Source: Octopus vulgaris | Taxonomy: Eukaryota | Direction of reading: 5' to 3' | DNA length: 64,000 nt | Assembly (NCBI GenBank): GCA_951406725.2 | Contig: OX597817.1 | Coordinates: forward strand, 67,270,001 to 67,334,000 | Shown: piece by piece, positions 27,521-42,574 of the stretch | How positions within the stretch are numbered: position 1 is the first letter of the stretch | How the letters are laid out: every line of letters starts with the position of its first letter | Position numbers and translations under genes: made by a program | The notes under the pieces: generated by a model | The model's database searches: none | What the model was told of the DNA's origin: nothing | The model's input: the letters and a program-made list of their open reading frames with translations, nothing else

Positions 27521-28936
27521 ATACAGGACACTACTAACCTTACCAATAATGCCACTAACACCCATGCATTCCTTATACCATTCATATTCCAGTATTATAT
27601 CGACCCTAATTGCACCACGTCCAGAACTACTTACCTCCCTTGCACAATCTTTTTACTCAGGGACTAGTAGACCGACACCGTTTGATAATCGGTACGTATT
27701 CAAAGCCAGTGAACAGCAATGACCATACCAGTTTGACTTTGAATCTCTAACAATTCAAAATAATGAATGATATGCTATGAGGGAAAAGGAGAAATCTATT
27801 CTTTGGAGATTAGGGAACAACCGTTTCATCAGCACGACACTTGTCCTACCTTATCTCCTGTACACAAGGGACTTAGACTTTTACACGAAGAGTAATACAC
27901 ATTATACATGCGGCTGTTAACTCATAGTTTGTACGTTCATTTACGATGCCGGTACTTCCTTGCGTTTCAGGGACAGGATGTGCTTTATTTTCATTGATTT
28001 TTGATAATTTTTTTTTTAAATATCAACCGACAGTTTCCCTCTGGGAAAGTTACCTATGGCAGTCTGACGTACTTTACTGTTGAAATTTTGTTTCTCATCC
28101 ACTTAATGCAAAAGAAACTGTAGTCAGTCATCGGCTCTATGAACCTCAGAGTGCTGTAAAAAGGTTAAATTTGGAAATTATTTTCTAAAGTACAAAATAA
28201 AAAACAACGAGCTTAATCCGGATTTTAAAGAACATTACTGAATTGCTTCAAGGGATTTCTGGTGTATTATCTCAACCAGTCTCCAGTCAACTCATTTGAA
28301 GATATAATATAAACCACTCATAATCTCACAACGTTTCTACGGCAACGTCACACAATTCCAATGCAACTATCCTATAACCACAGCAGTTATAACCATGGTA
28401 GGAATGTTGCTGAGCTTGCTGTTTAGCCCCAGGTTAGACCTGATCGAACCGACATATCACTACAGGTTTTCCGGCCACGATCATTCCCATATTTTTAAAG
28501 TATAATATAGTATCATGGACTACATTATCCAAAGTACTTCCAAAGTATTCTTCCTTTTATTTTTCTATCGTTGGTTACGATTGGGAGGTGATTTATCAGC
28601 TATTTCTAGCAGGTTGAATTACCACGTTTAGGCTCTCAGTGTTTAGAATCTAAAGCAGAAGTGTGCTATCATTATTACTCTAAATATAAAATTGCTAATT
28701 ATTTTCTTATTTTCCAATTATGAATAATGATACTGTATTTATGGTTTTGCTCGTTTTTGTTTACTTTGTTAAGCTCTGCAACACAATTTGTGACACATTT
28801 ATTATGACTAGCTTTATCTTTACGCTTCGTTAACATGCTTGGATGAACACTTCTACCTAAAGCACTTAATAAAGAAACTAATAATGAGGTTTACTTTGAT
28901 AGCTTAACAGTTTTCAACTGTTTCTCAATGCTTTAG

Positions 28937-29367
28937 TAGGCATGGATGTGTGGTTAGGAAACTCTCTTTCCAACTACGTGGTTTTGGGTTCAAGTATCTT
29001 TTACTACACCCTCGGGCTGACCAATGCCTTGTGAGTGGATTTGGTAGGGGGAAACTGAACGGAAACCCGTTGTGGTAAGAAGCCTGTTTCCCAACCGCAT
29101 GGTTCCGGGTCCAGTCCCACTGCGTGGCACCTTGAGCAAATGTCTTCTTCTACAGCCTCGGGCCGACCACAGCCTTGTTGAGTGGATTTGTTAGACAGAA
29201 ACTGAAAGAAGTCCATCGTATATATGTATACATATATGTGTGTGTGTGTGTGTTTGTATTTTCCCTCCGTCTCCCACGCCCGTTTGACAACCGGTTTTGG
29301 TGTGTTTACGTCTACGTAACTTACTCGTTCGGCGAAAGTGACCAACCGAGTAAATACCAGACTTCAA

Positions 29368-29425
<58 letters not shown>

Positions 29426-29467
29426 GTACCGGAATCGATACCTTGGACTAAAAATTCTTCAAGGCGG
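28937..29467 (+). mobile_element. SINE family A with duplicated head and internal (AAT)n expansion
   Basis: Two head segments near 28937 and 29070. The 3' end is cut off where the mariner remnant begins. Confidence 0.85.
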
Positions 29468-29477
29468 AAGAATTATT

Positions 29478-30234
29478 GCTTTTTGATTTTGTCGACTACA
29501 GGACCATGGTGCAACTCATTCTGCCAGAAATTTGGAAACGAACATGCTGTACTGCTTGGCATTCGGGCCGGAAGCTCCAATACGAACATTTTAGAGTGTT
29601 TGGGTGTCAATGTGAGGACATTGCAATCTGAGAACATGTATCGAGTGTGATAAAAATCAAACATCCAATCAACATCATGGTGTTTGGAGTTACGTTATAC
29701 CTCCATTCACCTTCCTACACGGTCTCAGACTCAACACGGAGGCCTACATCAAGTGCCTGGAGGAGGTAGTACTGCCTTGGGTCAGTAGCTGCTGGAAGAC
29801 CCTGTGTTTGGCATCAGGACTCTGCACCATGCCACTCATGCAGGAGAACCCAGGCATGGCTGTCAGACAATTTCTGCGACCATATCATCCTTACTATCTG
29901 GTCAGCTGTAACCCCCTTGATTATTATGTGTGGGGCGCAGTTGAAGGAGAGATCAACAAAACTCCTTGTAACACCAAAGATGAACTGAAGGGAAGGATTA
30001 TGGCAGCATTCACCAACTGAAACAAGGAGACCGTCCAGAAGAATTGCAGGAGTTTCCGAAGTCGTCTGGAGGCCGTGGTTGGAGCCAATGGCGATTTTAT
30101 TGAATAAATTTACTCTTTAGTATTTCAAAATATTTTTATGTCATTTTGGTAAGTATATCTGTTAAAATGATATGTCAGCGTTATTTTCATTTTTGCGTTA
30201 ATTTAGAGGACAATTTTTCTTTCACCTTACCCTG
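29478..30234 (+). mobile_element. Internally deleted copy of the DD37D/maT transposon at 54049
   Basis: Blockwise homology to 54110-55305, CNPLDYYVWG motif, and right end ..ACCCTG. Confidence 0.9.
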
Positions 30235-30656
30235 TGTGCATTTGTGTGTGTGTGTTATCGCACATATATACTATATGTGCTTTCTTTATACTTTCATTTA
30301 CTGCGCGATCGCATCCATGGAGGCTCCCTACACGACGCCGAGTGTTAAAGAACAACGAATGTATCAGGCCATGCGAAACAACTTGCCTCGGATGACCGAG
30401 CATGGTAGATATTTCTGTGGTTTATAAACGCCATGTACTTGGATCACTTCAAAATGAAACGAATGGCTTGTCTGTGATTTATATGCAAATAAACTAAGGT
30501 CTATTTGCACATGTGAAAGAAAATTAAATAAAAAATTAAAAGCAGCTCTAGTAACGTGGGCATTATCGGTCGTGTATACGTAGTCAATAAGTTTTGCTTA
30601 TACGCTCATTTGTTTATACGCTCAATGCTCCCAAAACGATACCGATATACATGTGA

Positions 30657-30723
<67 letters not shown>

Positions 30724-30819
30724 TGTGTGTGTGCGCGCGTGCTTGTGCGTGTGTGTTTGTGCGTGTGTGGTGTGTACTACAGTATCGATCAGACTATCTG
30801 CTGCAGTTATGTATCGCTG

Positions 30820-31310
30820 GTTACAATGCGCTTTCAGCTGTTTCTTGATTGTGTCATTTTTCCCCATCTTGTCCCAAATCGCTTAACCATATTATCTTCC
30901 TATTATCGTGGAGGCCTACCGATCACTCAGCAATTGCACGGGTATTCTGTTTGTGACATGTCCTGCTCAGTGAAACTTTTGCTTTTGATATTCGATGATT
31001 ACATCGTTCACTCCGCTCCGTTCTCAAATTCTTTCGTTTCGAATATGCTCTCGTAATGATTTTCCTTGCATGGATCATTCCATGGCCCTTTGTATCGTGG
31101 CCAATCGATGTTCCTCCCTTTTCGTTATAGCACATGTCTATAAGAATGCTGTAGAAGAGTCTGGTACATATGCTCCTGTCTAGCTTTTTGGTTTGAGCAC
31201 ATCTTTATTGAGATAATTGCTATCTCTCCTCTTCGAGATTTCAGTATCCCTATCTCGAAGCATAATCACTGTGCCCATGTAGATGTACTCCTTTGTCTCC
31301 TTGATTTCAT
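30820..31310 (-). mobile_element. RTE-clade LINE, decayed C-terminal RT fragment
   Basis: Minus strand gives KEYIYMG, RLATIQRAME*SM..SLREHIRNE, AGHV and GRPPR. Confidence 0.8.
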
Positions 31311-31331
31311 CATATGTGTTTGTGTGTGGTG

Positions 31332-31364
<33 letters not shown>

Positions 31365-31419
31365 ATGTGCGTATGTGTGTGTATTTGAGAGGAAGAGAGA
31401 GAAAGAGAAAGAGTCTGAA

Positions 31420-31600
31420 TCACCCCACCACCGCTTGACAATCGGTGGTTTCTTTACGTCCTCGTAAATTAGCGATCCAGCAAAACAGACCGATAGAATA
31501 AGTACCAAACTTCTGAAAGAAATCACTACGGGGGTTGATAAACCCCTCAAGGCCGTGCCCCAGCATGGTTGCAGCTCACTGACTGACACAAATATAAGAA
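31420..31600 (+). mobile_element. SINE family A, 3' half
   Basis: Homology to 3665-3835. Confidence 0.8.
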
Positions 31601-31864
31601 GATGATGCAATGCAATGTGTTGCAAGGGTTCTTTGTTTTAGATGAATTATTCACTGACGAAAATGTATACTGATTTAATGCCCAAAGCAAGACTTAACGT
31701 CATGATCATTGAAACTTTCGTGTTTGATTATTTAAATTTATAAATTAGATTAATTAGTCTTGTGGAATTCAGCCGACATTTTGTAGATCTATGATTTGTT
31801 TAAATTAATAGATTACCCCACCCTTTGCGAATAGTTTATTGCTAATGAATGCTATATTGGTGTT

Positions 31865-32368
31865 AATTTTTGGTACAGAGCCAGCAGGTTTGGGAATGGA
31901 GTGAGTCGATTAAATGGACCTCAGTACTTATTTTATGGCCTGCGAAGGAATGAAAGGCAAAGTCAACTCCGGTGAAGCCCGGGGAAAGGAGCTAGTTGAT
32001 TACATCAACCCCAGTGTTTACCGACCCCAAAGATTGAAATGTAAAGTCGACCTCGATGGAATTTGAACTCAGAATGTAAAGAGAGTCGAAATACCGCTAA
32101 GAATTTCGTCCGATGTGCTAACGATCCTGCCAGCTAGCCGCCTTAATGAATGCTACTATACTGGTTTTAAAGTTTGAGACAAGGCTAGCAAGTTCGGGGT
32201 GGGGTTAAGTTGATTACATTAACTCCAATGTTCATCTGGCAGTCATTTATTGACCTCAAAAGGATGAAAGGTAAAGTCGATCTTGACGAAAATTGAACTC
32301 TGTATATAACGACACACGAAATGCCAAGCATTTTACCGGGCGTGCGAACGATTCTGCTAGCTCGCCCA
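31865..32368 (-). mobile_element. Cluster of SINE family B copies
   Basis: AAAGTCGACCTCG..GAATTTGAACTCAGAA..GCTAACGATCCTGCCAGCTAGCCGCC repeated. Confidence 0.82.
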
Positions 32369-32810
32369 TTTATGAACACTACTATATTAATATCAAAACA
32401 TAACGCATTTTTTATTTTTATGGATAAGCTAGAAGTCAAAAGAAAAAAAGATATTTATGACCTTCTAACTGCGTATCCGAAACTAATGGTTTGACAGGTA
32501 GGAATAAATCATGGTTAAGTTTATTTTCAAACTGGTGAAACCTAGTGCGACAGATTTGGAATAGAGTGAAATCTTTCCAAAGTATCCAAAGGTATACAAA
32601 GGCCAAGTTGTCTTAAACTGGGCGACAAATTAAGGTTATCGTCCAACATATAAATAGCAGTCAAACTATTAGCGGCCAAACTGGAGCATCACGTTGAAGG
32701 ATTTAGTTGAACAAGTCGATCCTAGTACTCATTTTTAAGTCTCGTACTTATTCTATCGGTTTCTTATGCCAAAACGCTTGGTTTCGGGGACGTAAACCAA
32801 TACAAAATAA

Positions 32811-32858
<48 letters not shown>

Positions 32859-33469
32859 TTGTTTCTTATGGTCAGTCACTGAGTGATCGTTGGTTTCGCA
32901 CCTGTGTTTTGAAGATACGAAACCAATGGTCACTTTCTGACTGGCCATAACAAACGACCTTCTAAATATTACAGCTCTAATCTTTACGGGGTGCCTCTTT
33001 TCGGATATATGAACTACTGACCAATTTATACACACATACACACACATACACACACACACACACAGACACACATGCACACAAATATATATACATGTATTAT
33101 TAACTACGTATATTTAATGTACATACTTCGTGTATTTTCCGGTGACTGCAATAACGTGGTGGAGTATATACACTCTCAAAACACTTCAGAGTCATGGACA
33201 GGCGAGGTAACTCACCTTCAGTCCCATTTGAGAGTGACGGACTCCGATGTTTCGCCATTATTGTGGCTTGTAAACAAGGCAGCGACCTGGCAATATCGTT
33301 AGCACGCTGGCCGAAATGCTTTTCGGTATTTCGCCCGTCGCTATGTTCGGTGGTCATAAAATGATGGATTTAATGCAATTCTTACATATATTGTACATAA
33401 ATACATACATAAATATGTATAAAGCATATATATACTTGGACTTATATATGTTACACATATATACGTAAT

Positions 33470-34008
<539 letters not shown>

Positions 34009-35374
34009 CGCATACATACATACAATCATGCTTTCATGAATGTATCTGTGCATGCATACACACACGTATATTTACACATATACTATGCATGAATATTCAC
34101 ACGTGCGCACACACATACACACAGACACACAATTTTATACGTAAATATATTTGTGTGTATGTATGTGTGTGTGTTTTACGATCATATATACGTGTGTGTG
34201 TGTATGTGTTTGTATAATATATAAACTCTTTGCAGTCATTTAGGTGCAGTAATTATAATTTGTGAAATAACATTTAGCAGACATTTGTCTTCTTAAGCAA
34301 TTCCATCACAGTGACATCGTAAAACAATATTCCCCATATTATAACATTATTCCTTTCATTCTTTCGTTCGCCTCTTTGTTTATTTGCATATTTATATATT
34401 ATGTTGTGTATTTATTGATGCACCTATTTTCTTATATAATTGCACCCAGTGACAAATATCTGATGCACCAAACTGGACCGAACTACATCTAATAATATTA
34501 ATAGTTTTAGACCATCTGCCAAGGTTACAGAATTTGACACTATATTGTCTTAAGTTGCTAATCCAAAGATGCAAGGGTGAAAAATCTGACAATGAATTTG
34601 GTTGTTATAATTTATATGTAATATTCTAAGTAAGTAATTAAGAATATAAGCCGACAAACGTCCTTGAGATTTCGATATGGCAGCAGTGGCCTTCTCTTTT
34701 AATATACTTGTCAGAATACTAATAGTCTTACGTACAAAAATTTTTTAACTCATTCAACACACGTAAGTATGTGAATGTATGCATATGTTGATGTATTATA
34801 TGCCTATTGGTATGTATGTATGTATGTATGTATGTATGTATGTATGTATGTATGTATGTATGTATGTATGTATTTCTATCAAACTTTGTGTGTGAAGAGA
34901 GAGAGAGTAAGAGATCTCAGGTAAATTTGCGGGTGCGAGATATATAGGAACTGCACATATTTAGCTTAGGTGTGAAATTTCAGCTTTCTTTTTTATCGCC
35001 TCATTAGGGAGCAGCTGATAATTTTCCTGTCAGCAAGCGGAATCAAAATTTATGGCTATTTAAAGTGCAGAGAAACTTGGCTGGAAATAATTTCAGTTGC
35101 TCTAATTTGTATAAGAGTTGTGCAAGTGTTAGCAATGTATTATCAACTAGCAAATGTCACTGTACGACATTTGGGTAGAGATGCAAGGTAACCTTATGAG
35201 CGAAGGTTTATGAATATACATTTTTGCTTCGCCAGGACAGATAGGCACTGTGGTTTACGCTACAGGGTATTTTCTTCTGTTGCCAGAAAAATAGTTCGAA
35301 CTGACTAGTTTCAGTGCTTGTTTCCCTCTTCACTAGTGATTAGCTATGATATTATCTTGACCATAGAGAGAATT

Positions 35375-35820
35375 AGTGCAGGTACCTGGTTTAGTGGTTA
35401 GAGTGTTGGTCTCACGATCGTAAAATTGTAATTTCGATTTTGCGTTGTGTTTTTGAGCAACACTTTTCATTTAACGTTGCTCCAGTTCACTCAGCTGGCA
35501 ATAATGAGCAATCCTGCGACGGACCGGCTTCCAATCCCATAAAGGAGGACTTCTCCGAACTCTCATGTCTGCAGGTGGTCGGTCTGCGCAGATGGAACCG
35601 CGAATGGCTCGCTATCTCCAGTGACCTCAGACAGGACCGTCGAGCGTGGGCCGCCGTGGTTCGTGATGCCGTCAGGACCAGAGAAGAAGCCGGTTCAACC
35701 CGCCCTGGGTGAACGCCGTCACAAGTACAAATAAAGTACATCCAGGTGGAGAATATATGTCATGAAACCAGGGAAACCGGCTCTCATGAGTAGGTATGAC
35801 TAGATAAGGTAACTTTACTT
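35375..35820 (+). mobile_element. SINE family C (V-domain-like) interrupted by an RTE 3' fragment
   Basis: CCTGCGACGGACCGG..[insert]..TCCAGGTGG..GAAACCAGGGAAACCGGC matches the uninterrupted copy at 56005-56080. Confidence 0.7.
35540..35740 (+). mobile_element. RTE-clade LINE 3' end
   Basis: IKEDF..GLRRWNREWL...DLRQDRRAWAAVVRDAV..AGSTRPG* followed by a CAAGTA-type tail. Confidence 0.8.
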
Positions 35821-36334
35821 TGGAGAGAGAATAATAGCTTATAGCAATTTATAGTATTCAGATAGGATTCATCTGCCTTTGAAACAGTAACGCAAGCACT
35901 GGCAGCGTTTAATTAATTAATATAACTATTAAACTCTATGCATAAAATATTTGTTTACTAAAAACATAAACCAGTAAGTTTAACTAATTTCTCTATTTAT
36001 TCAAAAGCTGTATGAAAGCATTGATTAATTAAATAATTACGATACAGTTATGCAAACTAACGCATACTGTTTTTAGTTTCTCCGAGTTTGGGTGTGCTAT
36101 AAGTATAAACTAGTACTCTCTCAGTGATCAGAAAAAGAAATAACTTTTCATTGATGAGGGAGAGAGAAATGTTGAAGTTACGAAGGTGGATTTTCCTTTC
36201 CTGGGCACAAGAAGAGACATGTGTGATCTCAGCAGGCTGTTTACATTTCGTTTACGTTCTAAAAATACATATGAGACACAAACTTGAAGGGCTTTAGTCC
36301 ATCATTTCGACCATAATGTATGTACTTATATTAA

Positions 36335-37200
36335 TTCTTTTATTAGCCACAAGGGCTTATATAAAGCAACATAAAATGACATGACACAACATAGAAGACA
36401 ACACAAGACAAGACAAAGGGTTTTACAGCGTGTAAACATTTGAAAATAATAAAAATTAAACAACATGAATCTCCCAATAGCGGAGGTGCTTTAAAGGTCC
36501 TCGCGGAAAAACCCACAAAAGCCCCGGGTGTCTGATCAACAGGGCAAGAACCCTTCTCTTTTTATCTTTCACAGATGAATGCTCAGAATTGGTCCTTTCA
36601 CACTGGCCATTCTTCCAACATTCACCCACCTTTCAACAAACTTGCAAGAAGGCAACACTTTCCTCTCCACTCTCAACTTCCTTTTCAAGTTTCACTTGAA
36701 AAAGTTGATGAAGACTTGGTCAAAGAGGAAAGTGTCTGACTTTAGCCCTTTCAAGCATGTCCACCATTCTTTCGCTACAGCCACTAGACAAATAAAAACT
36801 GCCTGCCCCTCTCACTCAAAGGAGGGCGGCGGGGCAATCTTCACTATGGCTTCAGCTGATAGCTGGATCCGTACTACACGCGACAGCAGGTGTTCGGCAT
36901 AAACCCACAGGTCAGCAATACTCGGACACTGGACGAGGGCGTACAGAATGGTTTCATCGTTCTAGGTGCGCCTCGGGCAGGCCCGGCTGACGGTACTTCC
37001 GTGCCTGTAAAGTTTATCTCGAACAGGCAACGCCCTTCGTTAGCACTGCCAGGCAAGGGATTTCTGGAAGTCATCCATAGGCTCAGGCCCGAAAGTTTTC
37101 CGAAATAGACCGGTTAGTTGATCCTTGACGACGCCTAGAGTTTCTCCGGGAACGACGTTGCACTCCCTCCAACTAGCCCTCTATAGAACGCTAGAGTGGT
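36335..37200 (-). mobile_element. Second, diverged L1/Tx1 3' fragment
   Basis: Minus strand DETILYALVQCPSIADLW..KRKLRVERKVL..RWVNVGRMA parallels 7800-8170. The tail is CCCTTGTGGCTAATAAAAGAA. Confidence 0.88.
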
Positions 37201-37493
37201 ACTACCTCCGACCGCACCACATGCATATGACGTCTCTAGCGTAGTTTCTTTGTACAAATTTCACACCTGCGACATTGGTCAACTCTTTATATATCACGAA
37301 CTCTGTTCCCCATGCACCGCTATTTTAACATGTGAGTCAGGTTTCCGCACTATTTCGAAGTGATAATTTCCCTCTTTATGCATTAATTAGTCGAGCGTGA
37401 AATAGGACATAAATCTCATGCAGTGGGAGAATTCAAGACCTCAGAGCCTTGTCTGTCCTTTTATCTCTCATTGTCTCAGTTTCTGCATCTCCC

Positions 37494-37532
<39 letters not shown>

Positions 37533-37647
37533 TACCACCACACACATATGCATGTGTATATAAGTACATGGATATACATAAATGTATTTATATAGACATA
37601 TACAAACATATATACGCATGTATGTATATATGTATGTGTGTGTGTGT

Positions 37648-37734
<87 letters not shown>

Positions 37735-37883
37735 TGTGTGGAGGGCATAGTTACTAGAACTGGTTACTAGGCTTAAGATATAATTTCTGGGGTCGATTTG
37801 TTCGACTAAAGCCCTTCAAGACAGTGTTCCTGCCGGGCCGCTGTCAAATGACTTAAACAAGTAAAAGAATAAAATATACATAC

Positions 37884-37915
<32 letters not shown>

Positions 37916-38323
37916 TTGTGTGTGAGTGTGTGTATATATACATACATATATACCTATATATGTGTGTGTGTGTCTATACATACATACATACATACATACA
38001 TACATACATACATACATACATACACAAATACATATATTCACACACACACACACACATACATACTCTAATTTCAAGCTAATGTATTGAGTACTATACATAC
38101 AATAGTTTTCCGCGACCTTTCCAGGTGTCTTAAATTCTATTCAGTATTAATCTCTTTTTAGAAAATATTGTAGTTAATATTCCAATTACTTGTTTACGTA
38201 AAAAAAGTAAATTAATTATACAGTAAATTACAAATTTAAAATAATAATTCCATACTATTGATTACATTGTGCCTCACGTGTGACATATGTGTGATTGTAC
38301 CTATGGCTGAGTGCACGTGGATA

Positions 38324-38358
<35 letters not shown>

Positions 38359-38361
38359 GCA

Positions 38362-38473
<112 letters not shown>

Positions 38474-38495
38474 TATGCATACAGACACGTGTGTG

Positions 38496-38554
<59 letters not shown>

Positions 38555-39439
38555 GCACACACGTACCTATAGCATGCAATTACTACTCAAGATTGTTAAA
38601 TCATATGAATATTACACTTAAGAAGGTAAAAATAAAACAATAAGAAGAAAACAATCCGGCTTAATACCTCCTAGCTCACTGATCTAATTTCTTTCAGCTA
38701 GACTAAGCACTTGCTCATCTGTGTAATTCCTGTTAATAGAAGGCTTTACCACTAAAAGTGCCAGGATTGTCACATTTTTGTTTTATTGTTTCTTTTCTGC
38801 TTTTTTGTTTTCCTTTCGTGCTATCGGAGGATAAGCAATATCTTTAGTGACGAGACTATTGTAAACATGCAACGTTTTCTTGTTTCATTGATTACAAGAA
38901 GAAGGAAAATAAATAAATAAATAGATAAATAAATAAATAAAATTTACAAAGGTTCGTTAACTAACCGTCTTTAGCCCTGCACTGATTGCAGCGTATCAGT
39001 TAATATTAAACTATGCCTAGCTATGTGTGTGTGTGTGTATATAAAATATAAATGTTACTCATTTATATTTTATATACATATACACATATACATGTTGACA
39101 TGACAGAAATAAATAGACACCCTTATAATCGTTAAAATTTATTTAAACCTGAAATTATATATTCAAATAATTTCTTAATTATTATAAAGTGAATATGTAA
39201 TATCTAGTAGACATGTCCTTTGTGTGTGAGAGTGTACGTACGCACGCACGTATGTATGTATGTATGTATGTATGTATGTATGTATGTATGTATGTATGTA
39301 TGTATGTATGTATGTATGTATGTATGTATGTATGTATTGATTATTGGGGTTGTCTTGCGAAGCCGAAACTGTTTGTGTGTGTGTATGTATTTAAGAGCTA
39401 TTTTGGAAAAGCGGGTCTCTTCAACCACCTATAACATCC

Positions 39440-40312
39440 ATTGTTAGTATCTACGAAGCTGGAAGGTGCGAACTGTTATGATACTGAAGGGATCCAAAAA
39501 GGTAGAAATACTGGACCATCCACCAGGTGTCAAAACTGCACGAAAATGGTGCGCACAGAAAGAAACTGATGACAATAACATCAGAGCAATTAAAAGTGAC
39601 AGGAAGGATATTGGCTACAATCCATTTAAACCGTTTTCGACGATGACACAAAGGGAGCGCATAGCCGCCGTTAGTAGCCATGTTAAAGCAAGAGAAGCAG
39701 AGGAAAGGGAACTGCATTTGATTCGATGCCCTCAGTAAAGTCCGATGACCAAGTAGGAAGGAAATTTTATTGAAAGGAAGGTGGGTTGGGGTGAGATCTG
39801 GAGGTAAAGCACATCACGGTTAAGTTTCCTTCTTCAAGCAGCTTATGATGTGCTGCCATCCCCACGCCAGCAACTGAGATGGAAAATAGCGAACGACGAG
39901 GAATGAAGATGCAGAAAAGTTGGCACGCTAAAGTATATTCTTTCTAACTGCTCAATGGTGTTGGAAAGGAACACATAGAAGCACAATGAGGTTTTCAAAA
40001 TTCTCCACAGTGCCGCCAAGAAGCCGATGAAAGCAATAAATTGTAATAAGAAACCTCAGAAGGGTGGCAGTAAACGTTTTATCACGTTTGTTTCTACCGG
40101 TCAAGATGGCTACCCGAAACAGAAGAAAATTGGGAATAACGAGCAGCAGATCTTGCAGGGTCTGAATGTCTCATTCCAATACAAACAAGGAAGAAATCTG
40201 ATGTGACAATATAGTATAGGATACGTAAGATAATACATCTTGTTGAATTAAGTGTTCCACATGAATGCTGGAAGACTGTATAGATGCTGGTTGTAGTGTA
40301 GTTCACTTTCCT
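39440..40312 (+). mobile_element. HERO-like RLE non-LTR retrotransposon, decayed C-terminal region
   Basis: ERKVGWGEIW..RLSFLLQAAYDVLPSP...RW, GTLKYILSNC, KHNEV and a REL-type (S)D..I..VELSVPHE motif, with stops. Confidence 0.8.
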
Positions 40313-40392
40313 GCTTCAACAATAGCTCTTTCAACACGGTTTCTCACATTATGGACCTTGCAACAGAAATTCAGAAGCGTATAAGAGTGTGC

Positions 40393-40433
<41 letters not shown>

Positions 40434-40732
40434 AGAGAGACAAAAGTGTACGTAAGCCGCTATATTTATATAAAAAGGAATACCCAAAATGAGACAAGAA
40501 CGCAAAACGTCCAGACAGATGATGCCAAAAAAAAAAGCAAGGACGGGTAATTCGGAGTTTTCTTTCTTCAGTCGAGTTCCAGATTATCTTTGCAATTTCA
40601 GCTGGTATAAAATACAGATGAAACCTACTTGGAAGAGGATACGTGGCATTCAATCACATGATAATATAAATTACATATATATACATATACATATATGCAT
40701 ATATACATACGTATATGTACATACATCTATAC

Positions 40733-40774
<42 letters not shown>

Positions 40775-40777
40775 GGG

Positions 40778-41313
40778 GGGTACAGGACATCATGAAATGT
40801 GTACAACAAAACAATACGAAGTACGAGTACATGGAAATGAACTGTTTTTTCAAAAACGAAAGACACAAATGGAAAACAAGACAAACAACATAAAGAACGA
40901 TCCTTTATCGGTTGTAGGCTGTTTTTCTACTCTTGTATTTCGAGCATTTAACATCAATACACGCTTTCGATAAAACAATTGCTCCCGCAAAGCAAATTAA
41001 ATAAAATTTGGGATTTGCAGAGGGTCAAAATTTGCAGAGGGTCACAAACAGGACAGTGAAAATAAACAGGAAGAGCTAGTAAGCCTAAACGAGGTTATGG
41101 TGGCAAACGCGTAAATCAAGCTTGGACAGGAGACAGACAAGAACACGTCTTCCTTGATCCAGCTAAAACGGTGGAAAAGAAACACAAGTTAGGAGAAGAA
41201 TGGTGGCCGATGGTCACGTAGGAGCCACCTGAGCAAGGGAGGAAAGTAGTTCATAATGCATGTACTCGTACTTCGTATTTTTTGTTGTACATGTTTCATG
41301 ATGTCCAGTGCCC
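40778..41313. mobile_element. Repeat unit with about 55-bp terminal inverted segments (40778-40833 / 41259-41313)
   Basis: The arms are imperfect reverse complements, and the unit lies between (TA)n tracts. Confidence 0.75.
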
Positions 41314-41362
41314 GCATATGTATCTATATATACGTATATATGTAAGAACATATACGTATGTA

Positions 41363-41415
<53 letters not shown>

Positions 41416-42137
41416 TATATTATATATATATATACAAACATACATATATAGAAGCATACAAACATACACACATGCACACACGCACACACAAATGTGTTTA
41501 ATATAAGGATGGATAGATGCGTATATATATATCTATACATACATATACACATTTATGTGTGTGCGTGTGTGTGATGTATCTTTTATGTTCTTGCTGTTTA
41601 TTGTCTTGTAACAACAGCTTCGGGATGTTGCACATCTCGATTTCTCAAAGAGAGGAAAATCATAACGACTAACTATAATGTAAGTGGACAATAACAGCCA
41701 AATATCCCTGACCTGTTTGTATCATTCAATTGTCTCTTATTTTTAAACGCCAGCGTTGACTACTTTGTAGTTACAATAGGGTAGTCAGTGAGTTTGTGAG
41801 TGGTTTATGTGTCTTGTGAGTCTGTGGTTGTAGAGAAGCTTTGACTGCTTGGCAACCAACCGGATAGCCTTTACTTGGTTGTGGCCTAGATTGGTAATGT
41901 ATGTAGTCTCAACACCATCCCAGATATGTGTGTGAACGCTTCTCTAATTTATTACGGTATGTATGCGATAGGAAAATTTTTCTTTAATTTTCTTTCATAT
42001 TGCTAATCTTGCAGTGGTTAAAATTCTGCTTTCAACGCCATTCTCTTGTCGAAGGGGAGAGACTCATCAGGGTTGAAGATTACGTCTTCTTGTTGCAAAG
42101 GGAATGTGCAATTTAATGGTTGTAGCTTTTGGCAATG

Positions 42138-42217
<80 letters not shown>

Positions 42218-42574
42218 GTGTGCGAAGTCATTATGGAGGGTAGTCAGGCTCATAGCGGATAAATATTCTTCAAATGACTTCAAGAGTTTGAGTCGTGTGT
42301 TATTTCGGTGTAGGTAGGATGAAATAGCAAAAAGTGACCTTCATAATTTGTGGCTATTAACCCTTTGCACTGTTGTTAGTGAACAGGTTGCCATGTACCT
42401 CTGACTCTGTTTATGGCAGCAGTACATGTCTGGCATGACAAATGGAGCCCACAGGCAGGTACCATTCTTAGACGGTGCTAACGCTAAATACGTTCGATAG
42501 CATTGCTAATGTAAAAAAAACATGAGGGGTTACAGATGAGTTAAATGGAAGAGGTAGCATCCAGTAGCTCTGGC

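Noticed and set aside
30317-30404. Apparent coding exon MEAPYTTPSVK..TEH followed by GT
   Set aside because: There is no suitable acceptor, and most of it matches the repeat motif at 12171-12240.
33140-33206. Possible exon ending GAG|GTAACT
   Set aside because: The upstream pyrimidine tract ends CCGG rather than AG, and the peptide is unrecognisable.
34392-34592. Faint resemblance to a Helitron/PIF1 helicase motif (KTIN)
   Set aside because: The key SQGQ and HGQLYVA residues are absent.
42020-42075. CUGAUGA-GUC..GAC on the minus strand, with similar lone cores at 22862, 26089 and 27824
   Set aside because: No correctly placed GAAA and stem III, so not called as hammerheads.
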